Below are positions 58,627-64,000 of a stretch of 64,000 nucleotides of DNA, piece by piece (within the stretch, counting starts at the first letter, position 1; each line of letters begins with the position of its first letter). The position numbers were made by a program, and so were the translations under genes. The stretch is from Torpedo marmorata (taxonomy: Eukaryota). The DNA is taken from NCBI GenBank assembly GCA_977017645.1, contig OZ360238.1:70370001-70434000 (forward strand), read 5' to 3'. Under the pieces are notes generated by a model. It was not told the origin of the DNA and made no database searches. It worked only from the letters and a program-made list of their open reading frames with translations.

Positions 58627-59636
58627 AATATTCTGAATGTCAGATAAATTCAGAACAAACCAAATTCCAGGTATAGCTGTAGAGTGTAATGCTTTCTGGT
58701 ATAGTTGGAATACCAGAAATTTCTTAAATCATCAGACAAGATGATTTCCACGTTCATGCTTTTTAATCCTTTGGGTCTTCCCAAGTGCAGTAAATCCAGT
58801 ACATCAGGCGAGGGAGCTTTTGGCCATAAATGACCTGGCAGGAGTTTTTTTTTTTTGTTCACTTGATTTAATGGGTCGAATGTTAGTAAGGATCTCCACA
58901 TCCAATTCCTCTACATTCATTGAACATGTTAGGTCCAATAACCTGTGAGCAGGAAATTAAAATCTGCCTTGTAAAGCAACATACTAAGAATATCTATGTA
59001 TTGCACACACAATTGACTAAAGACTATATTCTCTTCTCTATCATTAACATGAAGATAACAATGCCACAAGGATAGTTTAATCCAAACATGCAAGAAGCTT
59101 TGTTTCCTGAGAGCATCAGTTATGCAAATGCATGAATTTGTTTTTGATATAATGTACGATAGCAATCTACATGTTATTAAATACAATAAAAATTAAATTG
59201 GAATACATTCTACATGGATCTATTTATCTGGCCATCTATCAATTAGCCAAATAGTTAAGAAAACTTTAAAATATTCTGTAGGCAAAGCACATTGAAAATG
59301 GAAATTAAAATATCAAATCTCTCTATTTAGGGAAATTAATGAACTAATATAATGTGTACATTCAAAGCACAAGTCTTGGCTGCTTTAGCATCAAGTACGA
59401 ATATCTCTGCACAGACTTAACATTAATTGGATGGTCGTCACAGAGCCCAAGGATCAAAATAACAAGACTTTAATTTTACCTGCTGAATGATAATTGTATC
59501 ATAAGCTGTGACCTCAAATTTGGATGATATCATGTTGTGAAAGTAAAATACTTATTTTACACTTCACAGATTGTATGTCTGTTTATTTCTACTTCACATT
59601 AACAGCACAAACTCAAAAATATGAAATTAATAGTAT

Positions 59637-61724
59637 AATCAGAATCAGAATTTATTGTCATGAACAAGTCATGAAATTTGGTGTTTTGCGGCAGCATCAT
59701 AGTGCAATTAACATTCATATTATAACCATCTTACGACATTACTATAAAAAATTATAAATAATAGTTCACGAAGGGTGAGGCAGTGTCTTTGGTTCATTGA
59801 TTATTCAGGAATCTGATGGCAGCGGGGAAGAAGCTGTCCTTGTGCCGTTGAGTGCTCGTCCTTAGGCTCCTGTACCTTTTTCCTGATGGAAGCAGAGTGA
59901 AGACGGCATGGCCTGGGTGGTGGGGGTCTTTGAGGATAGAGGCTGCTTTTTTAAGACACCGCCTCATGTAGATGTCCTCGATGGAGTGAAGTTTGGTGCC
60001 TGTGATGTCACAGGCCGAGTTAACAACCCTCTGGAGTTTACTCTTGTCCTGAGAGGTGGCGCCTCCATACCAGGCAGTGATGCAACCAGCCAGAATGCTC
60101 TCTACAGTACACCTGTAGAAGTTTACGAGAGTCTTCAGTGACATACCGAATCTCCTCAGACACCTCACAAAGTATAGCCACTGACGAGCCTTCTTTGTGA
60201 TTGCATCAATGTGGAGGCTCCAGGACAGATCCTCGGAGATGTTGACACCCAGGAATTTGAAGTTCTTGACCCTCTCCATTACTGAGCCCTTGATGAGGAC
60301 TGGGTCGTGTTCCCCTGACTTCCTCCTGAAGTCCACAATCATCTCCTTGGTTTTGCTGACGTTGAGCTCAAGGTTGTTGTCATTACACCATTCAACGAGC
60401 TGATCTATCTCCCTCCTGTACGCTTCCTCATTGCCGTTTGTGATTCTGCCGACAACTGTGGTGTCATCGGCAAACTTGTAGATGGCATTGGAATTGTGCC
60501 TGGCCACACAGTCATGGGTGTATAATGAGTAGAGCAGTGGACTAAGCACGCATCCTTGGGGTGCGCCTGTGTTGATAATCAGTGAGGAGGAGACGTTGTT
60601 TCCAATTCGTACTGACTGTGGTCTTCCGATGAGAAAGTCAAGGATCCAGTTGCAGAGTGGGGTACAGAGGCCTAGAGTTTGTAGCTTCTTGACCAGCACT
60701 GAGGGAATAATGGTATTCAAGGCCGAGCTGTAGTCAATGAAGAGCAGCCGTATGTATGAATTTCTGTTTTTGAGGTGATCCAGAGCTGAGTGGAGAGCCA
60801 GTGATATTGCATCTGCTGTGGAGCGATTGTGACGATAGGCGAATTGCAGTGGGTCCAGATCTTTGCTTAGGTACGTGTTAATTCTGGCCATGACCAGCCT
60901 CTCAAAGCATTTCATCACAGTAGAAGTTAGTGCTACTGGGCAGTAGTCGTTGAGGCAGCCCACACTACTCTTCTTGGGTACCGGGATGATTGATGCCCTT
61001 TTGAAGCAGGTGGGAACCTCTAACTGTCTCAATGAGGTTGAAAATGTCCGTGAACACTCCGGCTAGTTGGTTGGCGCAGATTTTCAGTACCCTGCCAGGT
61101 ACACCGTCAGGGCCTGACGCTTTGCGAGGGTTCACTCTCTTGAATGATGTTCTGACGTCACCCTCAGAGACAGATATCACAGGGTCCTCAGCCTTTTCAG
61201 GGATTCTAGTTAGCACTGTTTGGTTCTTCTTCTCAAAGTGGGCATAGAAGGTGTTCAGCTCATCGGGTAGTGAAGCATCATAGCCGTCTATAGTATTCGT
61301 CCTCGCTTTGTAGGCTGTAATGGCCTGCACTCCCTGCCATAGCTGGCATGTATCTGTCTCTGTCTCTAGCTTCCTCCGGATTTGCCACTTTACTTCAGAG
61401 ATGGCCTTCCGCAGGTCGTGCCTGGACTTCTTGTAAATATCCCTGTCCCCGGCCTTAAACGCCCTTGTTCTCGTCCTCAGCAGGTTGCGAATTCTCTGAT
61501 TCATCCAGGGCTTCTGGTTGGGGAATACCCGGTATTTGCGCGTGGGCATACACTCATCCACGCAGGTCTTGATGAAGTCGGTGATACCTGTTGCCCATTC
61601 ATTCAGGTCTGTGGATGAGTGCTTGAATATGTGCCAGTCCACCGATTCAAAGCAGTCCTGCAGACGCTCCTCCGCCCCCCTCGACCATACTTTCGCTGTC
61701 CTCACCACTGGTGCTGTGGTCTTC
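59637..61724 (-). mobile_element. 5'-truncated Rex1/Babar-type LINE
   Basis: ORFs 60965-61708 and 59794-61032 ([14 protein letters not shown]), with an (ATTCTG)n tail. Confidence 0.93.
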
Positions 61725-62092
61725 CTACTTAATGTACAACCTACTTAAATTAAGGGATATTCCAAATAGATCCTGACCTAAAGCTCAGAGACATTTATTT
61801 GCTGCATATTTCCCCATCATATTTTAAGGAATGTTTCCACAGATTTCAAACATAGTATAAAAATTCAAAATTTAATTCGCATGAGTTAATTCTCAACAGT
61901 CTCCATACTACACTGTATGTAACAGAACGTTGTCATTATTCAAAGGATTAAAGATAATACAAAATCACATAATTATAGATTATGAACAGTTGAACATGTG
62001 TTAAAATAACACATAATCCCAACAATACACCTGCAACTATTGCTGACAGTTGAATCTAACAAAGGGAGATAATAGGTTATTTTTATTCTAGT

Positions 62093-62671
62093 TGTAACGG
62101 ATGTGTTAATGTTAATATTAATATTTAAAGTTAAATTATATATATTTTTAGTAAGGTTAGTTGTGGGCTGGTACAGGGTCACACACAGGTCACATCACAT
62201 TTCCAGATACACCACTGCACTAAGAGAAAAAGTGTCAGCTTGGAGTCGCAGTGTCTGGATATTAATGAATTTCAGGACCAATGTGTGGTTCTTAAAAGCA
62301 TTATGCTTGCAGTTGTTGCAAACTCAAGTGCCATTTGAGTGACATGTGCCAAACTTTCCAGAGACATGACCACTTAAACAGAGATGAGGTCAGATGGATG
62401 ATAAGTGGTTTTGGAGAAAGGCAAAAGGTTTTCCAGAAATGAAACTGAAACTGTGCTGATGTCACGTCACATGATTTCAGAGAACCATATAATGCAGGCA
62501 GAGAGACATTTTGGACAACTCTGAAGACCTCTGAAGAAAAGTTGACTTTCTGGAAAGATAGAATTTGAAGCAGTGATCTCTGACATAGATAGAGGTGCAG
62601 TTATGTGTATTATCCTTACCATAGGAGATACACCATATAAGTGGCTTTTAAAATACGTAAGACCACTTCTT
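62093..62671 (+). repeat. Possible LTR fragment
   Basis: Starts TGTAAC and has LTR-like composition (CACAC and GTCAC repeats). There is no partner copy in the window. Confidence 0.3.
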
Positions 62672-63861
62672 TTTTTTAAAAAATATTTTATTTAAATTTT
62701 TTAAATCACACAGTACAAAGTTTAAAATGCAAAATTAGCAAATTACATGTGATACATTTTCACCCCACCCCCCCTCCCTCCCCTCCCTAACCCTCCTGAA
62801 AAGAAAGAAAGAAAGAAGAAAAAGATAAAGTAAGGAGAATGTCACTCTGAAAAAGAACAACTATAATCTAATTTTATTGTGGAACGCAGGATCGCCAATC
62901 AGATCCAATATCCAGAGATCTTCAAATCCTTAAACCAACAGTTTTTATATATGGGCTCCATATTTTCAAAAAGAAACTATATTTATTACGTAAATTATAA
63001 GTAATTTTTTCAAGTGGTATACATGAACGAAGTTCTGCATGCCATCTTTCTAACCCTAAATCTACATCAGATTTCCATGTAATAGCAATGCATTTCTTAG
63101 AAACAGCTAAAGTAATACGTAAAAATTCTATTTGATACATATTTAATTTCATCTTAACACTAATTCTTTTAATATCTCCAAACAAAAATATCATAGGATC
63201 CATTGGGAGTGTAATTCTTAATACTTTATCTAAAAACTTTTTAACTTTCAACCAAAAATCATATACTTTTGGACAAAACCATGTAGAATGTACAAAAGAA
63301 CCTTCCTCTCTATTACATCTAAAACATAAACTGGATAATGTCGGATTAAATTTCTTTAATTTTTTAGGTGTTAAATATAATTGATGAAAAAAGTTATATT
63401 GCACTAATCTATATCTAACATTAATAATCTTCGTAATACTTTGTTTACATAATTCTTTCCAATGTTCTTCATCTATTGTTACATTCAAATCTGATTCCCA
63501 ATTTAATCTTGATTTATGAATTCCTAATTTAGGCATTTTTCTCTGTAACAATCTATACATTTGAGAAATAAATTTATTTACACCTCCATTAGTAACTAAT
63601 AATTCCAATTCACTCTGTCTTGGTAAAATCAAACTATAGCCCAACCTTTCAACTAAAAATGCTCTAATTTGATAATAAGCAAAAAGTGTATTATTTAATA
63701 CATTAAACTTATCTTTCATTCTTTGAAAAGTAATAAATTTACTAGCTTCAAAACAATCATTTATTTTCTTAATTCCCTTTTGGAACCAAATTTTAAATAA
63801 TTGATTATCAACAGTAAATGGAATAAGTTTATTTTGATACAGAGGCATTTTTCGAGAAATT
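62672..63861 (-). mobile_element. 5'-truncated L1 (second subfamily)
   Basis: ORF 62922-63875. TSD GACCAC(T/C)TCTT at 62661-62671 and 63862-63872. Confidence 0.92.
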
Positions 63862-63872
63862 GACCACCTCTT

Positions 63873-63989
63873 CAAGATTCAAGATTCAAGATTCAATTTA
63901 TTGTCATAGTAATAAGACAGTGTCATATTCCATGAAATTTCTTTTTGCCTTCTGCAAGGCAGACAGATTCGCCACCGGCAGAAATTGCC
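63873..63989 (-). mobile_element. 3' tail copy of the GC-rich retroposon at 14572-15416
   Basis: Reverse complement of 15311-15416 with (TTGAATC)3; flanked by CCTCTT on both sides. Confidence 0.8.
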
Positions 63990-64000
63990 TCTTTGAGAAA

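Noticed and set aside
58650-58901. 83-aa minus-strand ORF that could be a terminal exon
   Set aside because: The peptide is unrecognised, and the candidate acceptor is preceded by an A run rather than a pyrimidine tract.

Overview
Eukaryotic (vertebrate) non-genic DNA. The repeat landscape (Penelope terminal repeats, Rex1/Babar, CR1, L1, Gypsy, Tc1) suggests a cartilaginous fish such as a ray; this is an inference. I found no supportable host exon, rRNA, tRNA or CRISPR array. More than half of the window is nested mobile DNA, and most long ORFs in the track are transposon fragments. It holds six Gypsy-type LTR elements or remnants (one near-intact, one Gmr1-like with integrase before RT), a full-length degenerate L1 and several truncated L1s, Rex1/Babar and CR1 LINEs, Penelope-like elements with hammerhead-like cores, a fold-back Tc1 and two MITEs. 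The best candidate for something new is the near-intact Gypsy at 22759-27291. It has no tRNA primer-binding site; the PBS position is instead complementary to its own LTR (16 bp, ending on ATTAAA), which suggests tRNA-independent self-priming in a Gypsy with no visible chromodomain. Other highlights are short hammerhead-like Penelope terminal units that appear to move on their own, a GC-rich non-coding retroposon with a LINE-type tail, a Tc1 built from two left ends, and a YY1/ETS motif cluster inside the gag-pol coding sequence.
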